Below, piece after piece: positions 38,140 to 48,213 of a stretch of DNA of 64,000 nucleotides. The position numbers and the translations under genes are program-made. The DNA is from Flavobacteriales bacterium (GTDB lineage: Bacteria > Bacteroidota > Bacteroidia > JACJYZ01): assembly GCA_020635855.1 (NCBI GenBank), contig JACJYZ010000002.1, positions 79,937-143,936 of the forward strand, written 5' to 3'. Every line of letters starts with the position of its first letter. Positions within the stretch are counted from its first letter, which is position 1. The notes under the pieces are model-generated. The model was not told the origin of the DNA, did no database searches, and saw nothing but the letters and a program-made list of their open reading frames with translations.

Positions 38140-39936
38140 TTGATAGATATGTCTGCTGATAGCCACGCAAACGCCCACCATCATCACCATCACAAGGAGC
38201 ACTGGATTTCCAAGTACGTGTTCAGTATGGATCATAAAATGATCTCCAAGCAGTTCCTGTTAACTGCAATTGTGATGGCTGTGATCGGTATGCTGATGTC
38301 TACCTTTTTCCGCCTGCAACTGGCCTATCCCGGAGAAAAGTTTGCCATCCTGAACTTTTTCCTCGGTGACCGCTGGGCGCCGGATGGTAAACTGGATCCG
38401 CAGATGTATCTGGGCCTGGTAACCATCCACGGAACCATCATGGTGTTCATGGTACTCACAGGTGGTCTGTCAGGAACTTTCAGTAACCTGCTCATCCCTT
38501 TTCAGGTGGGAGCGCGTGACATGGCTTCCGGCTTCCTGAATATGCTATCTTACTGGTTCTTCTTCCTGTCCAGCATGATCATGGTGATCTCCTGCTTCGT
38601 GCAAACAGGTCCCGCATCAGGTGGATGGACCGTTTATCCGCCCCTCAGTGCACTTGAACAAGCCATTCCCGGTTCAGGCTTGGGTATGACCCTCTGGCTG
38701 ATCAGCATGGCCCTCTTCATTGTATCTGCCCTGCTGGGAGGTCTGAACTACATCGTAACCATTGTGAACCTGCGTACCAAAGGCATGAAAATGACCCGGC
38801 TGCCCCTGACCATCTGGGCATTCCTGATCACCGCCATCCTTGGTGTACTGTCTTTCCCGGTGCTGCTCTCAGCCGCCCTGCTGCTGATCTTCGACCGCAG
38901 CTTCGGCACCAGCTTCTACCTGTCCGACATTTTCATCGGCAGCGGCCCGCTCGCACATGAAGGAGGTAACCCCATCCTGTACCAGCACTTGTTCTGGTTC
39001 CTGGGACACCCCGAGGTATACATCGTACTGCTGCCCGCACTGGGTATCGCTTCCGAAGTGATCTCCACGCAGGCACGCAAACCTATCTTCGGTTACCGCG
39101 CCATGATCGGTTCCATGCTTGTGATCGGCTTCCTGTCGTTCATCGTATGGGGACACCACATGTACGTGACCGGTATGAGCCCCTTCCTGGGTTCCGTATT
39201 CGTATTCACCACCCTGTTGATCGCCATCCCTTCCGCCGTGAAGGTGTTTAACTACCTCACCACCCTGTGGAAAGGAAACATCCAGTTCTCGCCGGCCATG
39301 CTGTTTGCCACGGGATTGGTATCCACTTTCATCACCGGTGGCGTGACAGGTATCATCCTCGCCGATTCGGCGCTTGATATCAACGTGCATGATACCTACT
39401 TCGTGGTGGCCCACTTCCACATCGTAATGGGGATGTCTGCTATCTTCGGTATGTTTGCAGGCGTGTACCACTGGTTCCCCCGCATGTTCGGCCGCATGAT
39501 GAACAAGAAACTAGGTTACCTGCACTTCTGGCTGACGATTATTTCGGTGTACGGTGTGTTCTTCCCCATGCACTACGCAGGTATGGCAGGATATCCTCGA
39601 CGGTATTTTAACTATGATGCATTCCCGATGTTCGACGGTTTCAGGGACCTGAGCCAGATCATCACCTTCTTTGCCATCATGGGGGCCATTTCCCAGGGCA
39701 TTTTCATCTTCAATTTCTTTTACAGCCAGTACCTCGGTCGCAAGGCAAGCCAGAACCCATGGAATTCCAATACCCTGGAGTGGACCGCTCCCGTTGAGCA
39801 CATTCACGGAAACTGGCCCGGCCCCATCCCGGAAATTCACCGCTGGCCGTATGATTACAGCAAACCCGGCCACGATCAGGACTTCATACCGCAAACGGTT
39901 CCTCTCGCTGCAGGTGAGTCGGATGAAGGCCACTAA
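38140..39936 (+). CDS. coxA: cytochrome c oxidase subunit I
   Basis: Haem-copper oxidase signatures (WFLGHPEVYI, HHMYVTGM, FHIVMGMSAI). 12 or more TM helices. 598 aa. Confidence 0.93.
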   Translation: MIDMSADSHANAHHHHHHKEHWISKYVFSMDHKMISKQFLLTAIVMAVIGMLMSTFFRLQLAYPGEKFAILNFFLGDRWAPDGKLDPQMYLGLVTIHGTIMVFMVLTGGLSGTFSNLLIPFQVGARDMASGFLNMLSYWFFFLSSMIMVISCFVQTGPASGGWTVYPPLSALEQAIPGSGLGMTLWLISMALFIVSALLGGLNYIVTIVNLRTKGMKMTRLPLTIWAFLITAILGVLSFPVLLSAALLLIFDRSFGTSFYLSDIFIGSGPLAHEGGNPILYQHLFWFLGHPEVYIVLLPALGIASEVISTQARKPIFGYRAMIGSMLVIGFLSFIVWGHHMYVTGMSPFLGSVFVFTTLLIAIPSAVKVFNYLTTLWKGNIQFSPAMLFATGLVSTFITGGVTGIILADSALDINVHDTYFVVAHFHIVMGMSAIFGMFAGVYHWFPRMFGRMMNKKLGYLHFWLTIISVYGVFFPMHYAGMAGYPRRYFNYDAFPMFDGFRDLSQIITFFAIMGAISQGIFIFNFFYSQYLGRKASQNPWNSNTLEWTAPVEHIHGNWPGPIPEIHRWPYDYSKPGHDQDFIPQTVPLAAGESDEGH

Positions 39937-39965
39937 ACGCCTGGTTCTGCTACAAAACATCCCAT

Positions 39966-39992
39966 CCCCCGTACCTACGGGGGATTTTTTTT
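39966..39992 (+). terminator. rho-independent terminator after the oxidase operon
   Basis: CCCCCGTA/TACGGGGG hairpin followed by a T8 run. Confidence 0.6.
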
Positions 39993-40018
39993 ACTTTTAA
40001 GGACCAGCGGCACGGTGT

Positions 40019-41050
40019 ATGAACGACAACCTAGATCCCAACAAAGAACGCCTTCAGCCGGTCGACAACGACCTTGAAAAGGTATTGCGCCCCAAAAGCT
40101 TCGACGATTTCACAGGTCAGCAGGAGGTGGTGGACAACCTGATGGTGTTCGTGGAGGCCGCCCGGTTGCGCGACGAGTCGCTGGATCATGTGTTGCTGCA
40201 CGGTCCTCCGGGATTGGGAAAAACAACGCTGGCACACATCGTGGCCAATGAACTGGGTGTGAACCTTAAGATGTCATCAGGCCCCGTACTCGAAAAGCCC
40301 GGTGACCTGGCAGGCCTCCTCACCAACCTGGAGGTGAACGATGTGCTGTTCATCGACGAGATTCATCGCCTGAGTCCGGTGGTGGAAGAGTACCTCTATT
40401 CGGCCATGGAAGACTTTGTGATCGATATCATGATCGATACCGGTCCGAATGCCCGCTCGGTACAGATCAGCCTGAACCCGTTCACACTCATCGGGGCCAC
40501 TACCCGCTCCGGTTTGCTGACCTCGCCCCTGAGAGCCAGGTTCGGTATCAACAGCCGCCTGGCATATTACGATGCCAAACAATTGTCACACATCGTGAAA
40601 CGCTCGGCCGGTATCCTCCAGATCAAGATCTATGAAGATGCCGCCCTGGAGATCGCCGGAAGAAGCCGTGGCACCCCGCGTATCGCCAATGCCCTGCTTA
40701 GAAGGGTACGGGACTTCGCCCAGGTGAAAGGGGAGGGTGTGATCGATATGGACATCACCACGTTCTCGTTGAAGGCGCTTAAGGTGGATGCACATGGCCT
40801 GGACGAGATGGACAACAAGATCCTTTCCACCATCATCGAAAAGTTCAAGGGAGGCCCCGTGGGCTTGTCAACCATCGCCACGGCCGTCAGCGAAGAACCC
40901 GATACCCTGGAAGAAGTGTATGAGCCCTTCCTGATCCAGGAAGGATACCTCGCCCGTACGCCGCGGGGACGCATAGTGACCGACCGCGCTTATCGCCACC
41001 TGGGCGTCACCCCGGTCAACCGCGGACAAGGAGATCTCTTTAACAGTTAG
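40019..41050 (+). CDS. ruvB: Holliday junction branch migration helicase RuvB
   Basis: AAA+ motifs ([24 protein letters not shown]). 343 aa. Confidence 0.95.
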   Translation: MNDNLDPNKERLQPVDNDLEKVLRPKSFDDFTGQQEVVDNLMVFVEAARLRDESLDHVLLHGPPGLGKTTLAHIVANELGVNLKMSSGPVLEKPGDLAGLLTNLEVNDVLFIDEIHRLSPVVEEYLYSAMEDFVIDIMIDTGPNARSVQISLNPFTLIGATTRSGLLTSPLRARFGINSRLAYYDAKQLSHIVKRSAGILQIKIYEDAALEIAGRSRGTPRIANALLRRVRDFAQVKGEGVIDMDITTFSLKALKVDAHGLDEMDNKILSTIIEKFKGGPVGLSTIATAVSEEPDTLEEVYEPFLIQEGYLARTPRGRIVTDRAYRHLGVTPVNRGQGDLFNS

Positions 41051-41058
41051 TCGTTCCG

Positions 41059-42006
41059 ATGACCGAGCGCCAACTCCGTGCCGGCACCCACAGCGAACGC
41101 GTCAGGTCCCTGGCCCGTGATGCCGGCTTCGATCATTGCGGCATCGCCACTGCTACATTCCTCGAAGCAGAAGCACCCCGCCTCGAACGCTGGCTGAAAC
41201 AGGGCATGCATGGCACCATGGCGTACATGGAGCAACATTTCGATAAGCGCCTGGATCCCCGCCAACTGGTTCCCGGCGCCCGCTCGGTGATTTCGCTGCT
41301 GGTGAACTACCATTCCCGGGAAACGCAACCGCCCGATGTGCCACGAATTTCCACATACGCGTACAGCCGGAAAGATTACCACCGCGTGATCAAAGACATG
41401 TTGTTTAACCTCGTGCAGCGCATGCAGGAAGAACTGGGGCATTTCGACGGACGTGTGTTCGTGGATTCGGCACCTGTACTCGACAAAGCCTGGGCGGCGC
41501 GTTCAGGCCTGGGCTGGATCGGGAAGAACAGCAACCTCATCCGCAAAGGAGAAGGGTCGTTCTTTTTCATAGCGGAAATCATCTGCGACCTGGAACTGGA
41601 ACCCGATCACCCGGCAACCGATCATTGCGGCAGTTGCACACGTTGCATCGATGCGTGCCCAACCCAGGCGATTGTAGCGCCCTTCGTGGTGGATGGGAGC
41701 CGATGCATCTCCCATTATACCATCGAACTGAAGGAGGCCATTCCGGCATCCATGCAAGGCGCCTGGTCCGATTGGATGTTCGGATGCGATGTGTGCCAGG
41801 ATGTATGCCCCTGGAACCGTTTCTCAACACCCCATCGGAACCCCGGTCTGGAACCGGTGCCCGAAGTGATGCAGTGGTCGGCTGATGATTGGTATGAAAT
41901 GACGGAGGATGTATTCAACCGCGTATTCGGAACTTCCGCACTGAAAAGAAGAAAATACGAGGGAATCAGGCAAAACCTGAAATTCCTGCAAAGCCCGGGC
42001 GACTAG
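41059..42006 (+). CDS. queG: tRNA epoxyqueuosine(34) reductase QueG
   Basis: Two 4Fe-4S ferredoxin motifs ([23 protein letters not shown]). QueG-like N-terminal domain. Confidence 0.85.
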   Translation: MTERQLRAGTHSERVRSLARDAGFDHCGIATATFLEAEAPRLERWLKQGMHGTMAYMEQHFDKRLDPRQLVPGARSVISLLVNYHSRETQPPDVPRISTYAYSRKDYHRVIKDMLFNLVQRMQEELGHFDGRVFVDSAPVLDKAWAARSGLGWIGKNSNLIRKGEGSFFFIAEIICDLELEPDHPATDHCGSCTRCIDACPTQAIVAPFVVDGSRCISHYTIELKEAIPASMQGAWSDWMFGCDVCQDVCPWNRFSTPHRNPGLEPVPEVMQWSADDWYEMTEDVFNRVFGTSALKRRKYEGIRQNLKFLQSPGD

Positions 42007-42563
42007 CTGCCCCATCGGAACCCCTTTGCATCGAATCCTGCGAGTTGCAGCGCCCGGTCTACCACGGTGTTCACCAATGCATCGACGGTTTCGGGTTGAC
42101 TGTAAAACGAAGGACTGGCGGGGCAAATGATGCCGCCTGCCAGCGTAATGGTTTCCATGTTGCGGATATGAACCAGGTTCAGGGGTGTTTCACGAAGCAC
42201 GAGTACCAGTTTGCGACGCTCCTTCAGCATCACGTCGGCTGCACGGGTCATCAGGTCATTGGAGATTCCGCCGGCGATGCGGCCCATGGTTCCTGTTGAG
42301 CAAGGACAAATGATCATGGCTTCATATCCGGCTGATCCGGAGGCAAAGGGCGCCATGAAGTTGTCGCGGGCATAGATGGGGAATGGGAAATTCATCGGAA
42401 TGTTCTTGCCCAGTTCCGTTTCCCATACCACTTTGGCGCTCTCGGACATGACCAGTCCGCAGGCCTCCACCTGGTTTTGCAGGGTGGCCACCTTTTCAAT
42501 CAGGGCCTTGGCGTACGGGGCGCCGCTGGCACCGGTGATACCGATCACGAGTTTTTTCTTCAT
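42003..42563 (-). CDS. ubiX: flavin prenyltransferase UbiX
   Basis: [18 protein letters not shown] flavoprotein fold. 186 aa. Collinear with UbiX/Pad1. Confidence 0.85.
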   Translation of the reverse strand: MKKKLVIGITGASGAPYAKALIEKVATLQNQVEACGLVMSESAKVVWETELGKNIPMNFPFPIYARDNFMAPFASGSAGYEAMIICPCSTGTMGRIAGGISNDLMTRAADVMLKERRKLVLVLRETPLNLVHIRNMETITLAGGIICPASPSFYSQPETVDALVNTVVDRALQLAGFDAKGFRWGS

Positions 42564-42612
42564 GGCCCGTCAAAGGTAATGGGGAGCCGCGAAAGAGGCA
42601 ACCCGAAAGCGG

Positions 42613-44370
42613 CTATTGCACGATCAGTTTTTCGCGGAACACGGAATTGTTTTCGGTGACGGCTTCCAGCAGGTATGCACCGGCGGCAAGGCCGGATGAA
42701 CCGAGGTTTACGCTGAACCCGCCATTGCCCGGAATTGTGCGCACCAGCTGGCCGTTGAGGTCTGTGATGCGTACATAGGCGATGGAGCTGCCGTTCACCG
42801 GCACATACACCACGCTGTTGTTGTGCATGGGGTTGGGGAATACCTTTGCTTTTCCCTGTGATTCCGGGTTGAGCTGTCCGACGGTCAGGACGACCTCATT
42901 GATGGCGTCCAGTGCATTGATGCGGCCGTATCCGAACGTGTTGTTCGGAACTGTGCTGGAGGAAACACCTCCGCAGGTTTCATTCACGGAAAGTTTCACA
43001 GCTGTTTTTTCGATGATGTCTTCGATGATGTCCACCTTACCTGCCAGGTCGGGGTTGGCAGAGATCATGAGGGCCACAAGGCCGGCTACGTGCGGACCGG
43101 CCATGCTGGTGCCGCTCATCGAAGTATAGCCACCTCCGGGATAGCTTGAGCGGATGTCGGATCCGGGTGCACTGATGTCGGGTTTCATGCGGTTGCTTCC
43201 ATCAACGGTCACGTTGCCGCGGCTGCTGAAAGACGACATGTTGTCGCTGCTGGTGGTGGAGCCCACCGAAAAGCTTTCGTCATACATGGCGGGAGGATCT
43301 TCAACCGTGTTGCAGCTGGGCCCGCTGTTGCCTGCGGAAGCCACCACCACGATACCTGCGTCTTTCACATTGCTGACAATGACACGCATGGCTTCGAAGT
43401 TGCTGGTGTTGCAGCCTTCATCCGTGGGGCATCCCCAGGAGTTGTTGATCACATCCGGTGACTTGGAAGGCATAGGGTTCTGATCGTTGAGGTCGGTAGG
43501 GGCGATGAACCATTCGAAGCATTCGGCATAGGTGGCGAATGTACCGGCGCCCTGGTCCATGTTCCTGCATCCGATCCATTCTGCATCGGGTGCCATGCCT
43601 ACCTGGTTACCTGCGCCGTCGTCGCCCACCATGGTGCCCATGGTATGGGTTCCGTGACCGTGGTCGTCACAGGGTTCGGTGGAAGCGGTTCCGCAGCTGC
43701 CGCCGTTACCGGTTTGGATGGCATCATGCCAGTTGTGGTTGTGATCGGCGCTGGACCCATTCCAGCCGCGGTATTTGCCTTTGATGGCGGGATGGTCCCA
43801 TTCGTACCCGCTGTCTTGTCCGCCGACAACCGCACCCTGGCCCTTGTAGCCCATGCCCCATACCTGGTCGGCTTTCACAAGGGAAATGGCCCATTCCACG
43901 GCGTTGGTTTTGGTGTTCGGATCGTCATAGGAAGGAACGCCAACCTGCACCGGCTGCTGCACGGTGTAGCGGGCATTCTCAATCACCTGGCTCACCTGTG
44001 GCATTTCGGCCATGGCCCGGATCACGTCGATGTCACCTTTGGTCCATACGGCATTCACGATGAAATAGGAATGATAGGGGGCGTGCAGTGACTCCAGTTT
44101 TTCCCACACAACGGGTTGGGTGTGGGTAGAAAGATCCTGCAGGGTATGGAAAACGAAGTTGCCTTTTTCTTCTTTGGTGTTCATGTAGCGGGCAGCAGAC
44201 AAGTCGGCTTGTTCCGCCATGATCACCATCATTTCAACAGCGCCACCGTTGGCTGCTTTGGACATCAGGACCGGGTCCACTTTGTCGGTCCAGTTATCAT
44301 TCGTTGCGAAGGCCTGCGGTTGCGTGAAGAACAAACCGATGGACAGGCAGATAGACAGATGACGTTTCAT
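42613..44370 (-). CDS. S8 (subtilisin-family) serine peptidase with T9SS C-terminal sorting domain
   Basis: Signal peptide. Catalytic motifs (HGTHTMGTMVG, GTSMAGPHVAG). C-terminal Por-secretion CTD (KVFPNPMHNNSVVYV...AGAYLLEAV...EKLIVQ). Confidence 0.85.
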   Translation of the reverse strand: MKRHLSICLSIGLFFTQPQAFATNDNWTDKVDPVLMSKAANGGAVEMMVIMAEQADLSAARYMNTKEEKGNFVFHTLQDLSTHTQPVVWEKLESLHAPYHSYFIVNAVWTKGDIDVIRAMAEMPQVSQVIENARYTVQQPVQVGVPSYDDPNTKTNAVEWAISLVKADQVWGMGYKGQGAVVGGQDSGYEWDHPAIKGKYRGWNGSSADHNHNWHDAIQTGNGGSCGTASTEPCDDHGHGTHTMGTMVGDDGAGNQVGMAPDAEWIGCRNMDQGAGTFATYAECFEWFIAPTDLNDQNPMPSKSPDVINNSWGCPTDEGCNTSNFEAMRVIVSNVKDAGIVVVASAGNSGPSCNTVEDPPAMYDESFSVGSTTSSDNMSSFSSRGNVTVDGSNRMKPDISAPGSDIRSSYPGGGYTSMSGTSMAGPHVAGLVALMISANPDLAGKVDIIEDIIEKTAVKLSVNETCGGVSSSTVPNNTFGYGRINALDAINEVVLTVGQLNPESQGKAKVFPNPMHNNSVVYVPVNGSSIAYVRITDLNGQLVRTIPGNGGFSVNLGSSGLAAGAYLLEAVTENNSVFREKLIVQ

Positions 44371-44522
44371 CTTACACAGTTAAAGTTTGAAATTGTTTGA
44401 TGACCAAAGGCTGGGGATGGTGCAAGATAGGAAAAGGCGCCAAGAATCGCAAACCGGTACCTGAAAACAAAAGGGGAATGTGAGTTGCACATTCCCCTTC
44501 TGATCATGAACAAAAGGTGCGA

Positions 44523-47192
44523 CTATCCGCATTTGGTATGCCCGCAGCTTTTACAGTTCAGGCAACCTTCCTCGTAAACGAGGGTGGCCTGACCGCACTC
44601 CGGACATTCATTGTCAACGGGAGCCGTACCATCGGGGATGAAACGTTTCAATGCCCTTACCACACCATTTTTCCAGGTGTTCAGGTGTTCTTCGTTCAGG
44701 TTGAGGCCGGATACCATGTGCACCACGAACGGCAATGGCATGCCGTGGCGGATCACACCGGAGATCAGTTTTGCATAGTTCCAGTATTCCTGGTTGAAGG
44801 ATCGGGACAGACCTTCGATGGTTACCTTGTAGCCTTCCTTGTCCTGGAACTGGAAATCGTAACGGGAGTTGCCGTCTTCCGTGCGGCTTTTGATCACCCA
44901 TCCTTTTTCAACCCAGGAAGGAAGGGAGAACACATCCTCGATGCGACCGGTGAATATCTCATAGGGGCGGTCGTTCAGCAATCCCACCACGGCCATCCAT
45001 TTCTCGTTGTTGTTCTGGAAACGGACAACGGATGCTTCGAGGGTCTTGGGGCGCTTGGGGGCTTTGGACTCGGCGATGATCACCTCTTCGCCTTCCTTCT
45101 TCTTTTTCTTTTTGTCATCGGTTACCAGTACGCCTGAACGTGAACCGTCGCGGTATACGGTGATGCCCTTGCAACCGCTTTCCCATCCTGTCTGGTAGAT
45201 CTTGGCCACCAGCTCTTCGGTCACCTCGTTGGGTACGTTCACGGTCACACTGATCGAGTGGTCCACCCACTTCTGAACGGTGCCTTGCAGTTTCACTTTG
45301 GCCAGCCAGTCGACATCGTTGGCTGTGGCTTTGTAATAGGGCGACTTCTGTACAAGCGCATTCAGTTCTTCATCGCTCATGGCTTTCACCTGCTCTTCGT
45401 TGTAGCCGTTGGCTTTGAACCAGGTGATGAAGTGGTGATGGAATACGTGGTACTCTTCCCAGGTGTCTCCCACTTCGTCCACGAAATCCACACGTACGTT
45501 CTTGTCGTTCGGGTTTACTTTGCGACGACGCTTGTAAGCCACCATGAACACCGGCTCGATACCGGAGGTGGTTTGCGACATGAGGCTGGTGGTGCCGGTG
45601 GGTGCGATGGTAAGCAGGGAAATGTTCCGACGGCCGTATTTGATCATGTCGTCATACAGGGCCGGGTCGGCTTGCTTGATGCGGTTGATGAACGGGTTCT
45701 TTTCCTCACGCACCGGATCGTAGATCGGGAAGGCGCCTCTTTCCTTGGCCATGTCAACGGAAGAACGGTAGGCTTCGAGCGCGATGGTCTTGTGGATCCT
45801 TTCGGCGAATTTGATGGAATCATCGGAACCGTAAGTGATGTTAAGGGCGGCCAGCATGTCACCTTCGGCGGTGATGCCCACGCCGGTGCGACGGCCTTCA
45901 ATGCACTTCTTGCGGATGTTCTGCCACAGGTTGGATTCAACCCGTTTGATTTCTTCCTCTTCAGGATCTTTATGGATTTTCTCAATGATGGCATCGATCT
46001 TTTCAAGTTCCAGGTCGATGATGTCATCCATCATCCTTTGCGCCATGCGTACATGTTTGCGGAACAGCGGAAAGTCGAAGGCGGCTTCCTGTGTGAACGG
46101 GTTCTTTACATAGCTGTAAAGGTTCACGGCCAGGAGGCGGCAACTGTCGTACGGACAAAGCGGAATTTCACCGCAGGGGTTGGTGGACACGGTACGGAAA
46201 CCGAGGTCGGCATAGCAATCGGGCACGGATTCACGGGCGATTGTGTCCCAGAAAAGAATACCGGGCTCAGCCGATTTCCATGCATTGTGGATGATCTTTT
46301 TCCACAGCGCGGAAGCGTCGATCTCTTTTTTGTACTCCGGTTTGTCGGCGTTGATGGGATATTGTTGTGTGTAAGGCTCACCGGATACGGCGGCTTTCAT
46401 GAAGTCATCGTCGATGCGTACAGATACGTTCGCGCCGGTTACTTTGGTGCCGTCCATCTTGGCGTCGATGAAGTTCTCGGCGTCCGGGTGTTTGATGGAA
46501 ATGCTCAGCATGAGCGCACCACGACGGCCATCCTGGGCCACCTCACGGGTGGAGTTGGAATAACGCTCCATGAAAGGAACGATACCGGTGGAAGAAAGGG
46601 CGCTGTTCATTACTGGACTTCCCTTCGGACGAATATGAGAAAGGTCGTGACCCACACCTCCGCGTCGCTTCATCAGCTGAACCTGCTCCTGGTCGATCAT
46701 GAGAATGCCGCCATACGAATCCGCATTGTTGCCGTGCCCGATCACGAAACAATTGGACAGAGAAGCGATCTGGAAATCATTCCCGATACCTGTCATCGGC
46801 CCACCCTGGGGAATGATGTATTTGAAGTTCTGTAATACTTCGAAGATCTCTTCTTCCTTAAACGGCTTGGGATATTTGGCTTCCACCCTGGCGATCTCGG
46901 AGGCCATCCTGCGGTGCATGTCGTCCGGGGTGGCTTCGAAGATATTGCCCGCCGAATCTTTCAGGGCATACTTGTTGATCCATACATTGGCTGCCAGTTC
47001 ATCGCCCCTGAAATAGGCGATGGTTTTGGCAAGCGCCTCCTCGTAAGAGTAAGGACCTGCCAATGTCCGGGTGGGTTTGTTTTCTTTTTTCACTTCTTGT
47101 TCTGGCTGTTTCGCAACCGGGCTCTCGGCGGTTGCAGATTCCAGGTGCAAATCGAGGGTCAGGGTCTGGCTGGGATCTTTGATTTCGGGCAT
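44523..47192 (-). CDS. nrdJ: adenosylcobalamin-dependent (class II) ribonucleoside-diphosphate reductase NrdJ
   Basis: TVSTNPCGEIPL active-site motif. C-terminal zinc ribbon CPECGQ...CLNCKSCGHTKCG. 889 aa. Confidence 0.85.
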   Translation of the reverse strand: MPEIKDPSQTLTLDLHLESATAESPVAKQPEQEVKKENKPTRTLAGPYSYEEALAKTIAYFRGDELAANVWINKYALKDSAGNIFEATPDDMHRRMASEIARVEAKYPKPFKEEEIFEVLQNFKYIIPQGGPMTGIGNDFQIASLSNCFVIGHGNNADSYGGILMIDQEQVQLMKRRGGVGHDLSHIRPKGSPVMNSALSSTGIVPFMERYSNSTREVAQDGRRGALMLSISIKHPDAENFIDAKMDGTKVTGANVSVRIDDDFMKAAVSGEPYTQQYPINADKPEYKKEIDASALWKKIIHNAWKSAEPGILFWDTIARESVPDCYADLGFRTVSTNPCGEIPLCPYDSCRLLAVNLYSYVKNPFTQEAAFDFPLFRKHVRMAQRMMDDIIDLELEKIDAIIEKIHKDPEEEEIKRVESNLWQNIRKKCIEGRRTGVGITAEGDMLAALNITYGSDDSIKFAERIHKTIALEAYRSSVDMAKERGAFPIYDPVREEKNPFINRIKQADPALYDDMIKYGRRNISLLTIAPTGTTSLMSQTTSGIEPVFMVAYKRRRKVNPNDKNVRVDFVDEVGDTWEEYHVFHHHFITWFKANGYNEEQVKAMSDEELNALVQKSPYYKATANDVDWLAKVKLQGTVQKWVDHSISVTVNVPNEVTEELVAKIYQTGWESGCKGITVYRDGSRSGVLVTDDKKKKKKEGEEVIIAESKAPKRPKTLEASVVRFQNNNEKWMAVVGLLNDRPYEIFTGRIEDVFSLPSWVEKGWVIKSRTEDGNSRYDFQFQDKEGYKVTIEGLSRSFNQEYWNYAKLISGVIRHGMPLPFVVHMVSGLNLNEEHLNTWKNGVVRALKRFIPDGTAPVDNECPECGQATLVYEEGCLNCKSCGHTKCG

Positions 47193-47647
47193 AATTCGGA
47201 ACGGTTTTTCGGGTGTATAGGCTTATATGCAATTTCGGGATTTCGGAACAAAAAGAGGGGAGTATTCCATCCTCAATTTTTGTCAAAATCAAGTTTCAAT
47301 TCAGTGTAACAAAGACCGGTTAGATACGGTAACGGCAATTCCTGACATCACATCAACACATGTACAGGAATTTTCCTTGGATAATCTCAGCTTTACAAAA
47401 ATCAAAAATACTCGACAAGCTCCGACGATGCCTTTTGATTTTTATAAACAAACTGGGTGTGAAAAAAATTATGGTCGTCTCAGGGCACGTCCAGCCTCAA
47501 AAACGGAATCGGAAAAATTCAAGAAAGCTTGATTTTGCGTTGATGATTTTTCAACATAGCAGTTTTCTATTGTCGGTTTACGAAAAATTCCTTACTGAAA
47601 ATACAACGTCCATTTCCTGCCCCGATCTCCCGTATCTTTGTTGCCGC

Positions 47648-48211
47648 ATGCAGCAGGATACCTATATAACTTTACAAGACGACAGGATCGTACTTCGCCC
47701 CATGCAATCCGGCGATGCCGACCTGTTCTGGCCACTCACGCAGGTAGCCGGTATGTGGACCTGGTTCACCGCCGACCTGTCCATACGCGATGTGCTTGAT
47801 CGGTGGGTGCAGGACGCCATGTCGGCACAACAGGCAGGCACCCGGATTCCGTTCACCGTTGTGGATGCTACCACCGGCCAGGTGCTCGGCTCAACCTCTT
47901 TCGGTAACATCTCCACACGTGATCAAAGGGTGGAGATCGGCTGGACGTGGCTCGGAAAACCCGCCCAGGGGAAAGGGGTGAACGACCGCATGAAAATCCT
48001 CATGCTCGACCATGCGTTCAACACCTGGAACATGCAGCGGGTGGAGTGGAAAACCGACGTGCTGAATCCGCATTCACGGAATGCCCTGTTGAGGATCGGT
48101 GCGGTTGAAGAAGGGATTCTGAGAAGCCACATGCTGATGACACATGGCCGCCGGAGGGATACCATCTATTATGGCATGCTCAGGGATGAGTACCTGAAAC
48201 GGAAAGCATAG
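47648..48211 (+). CDS. GNAT family N-acetyltransferase (RimL-like)
   Basis: Start at MQQDTYITLQDDRIVLRPM. GNAT core (RVEIGWTWLGKPAQGKGVNDRMKILMLDHAFNTWNMQRVEW). The N-terminal 96 codons of the ORF as listed are rejected as AT-rich intergenic sequence. Confidence 0.7.
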   Translation: MQQDTYITLQDDRIVLRPMQSGDADLFWPLTQVAGMWTWFTADLSIRDVLDRWVQDAMSAQQAGTRIPFTVVDATTGQVLGSTSFGNISTRDQRVEIGWTWLGKPAQGKGVNDRMKILMLDHAFNTWNMQRVEWKTDVLNPHSRNALLRIGAVEEGILRSHMLMTHGRRRDTIYYGMLRDEYLKRKA

Positions 48212-48213
48212 GA

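Noticed and set aside
47193-47360. Cobalamin riboswitch in the nrdJ leader
   Set aside because: No B12-box-like GC-rich core. The region is AT-rich.
47360-47647. 5' 96 codons of the ORF as listed for the GNAT gene
   Set aside because: AT-rich with hydrophobic junk translation. The GNAT domain starts cleanly at Met 47648.
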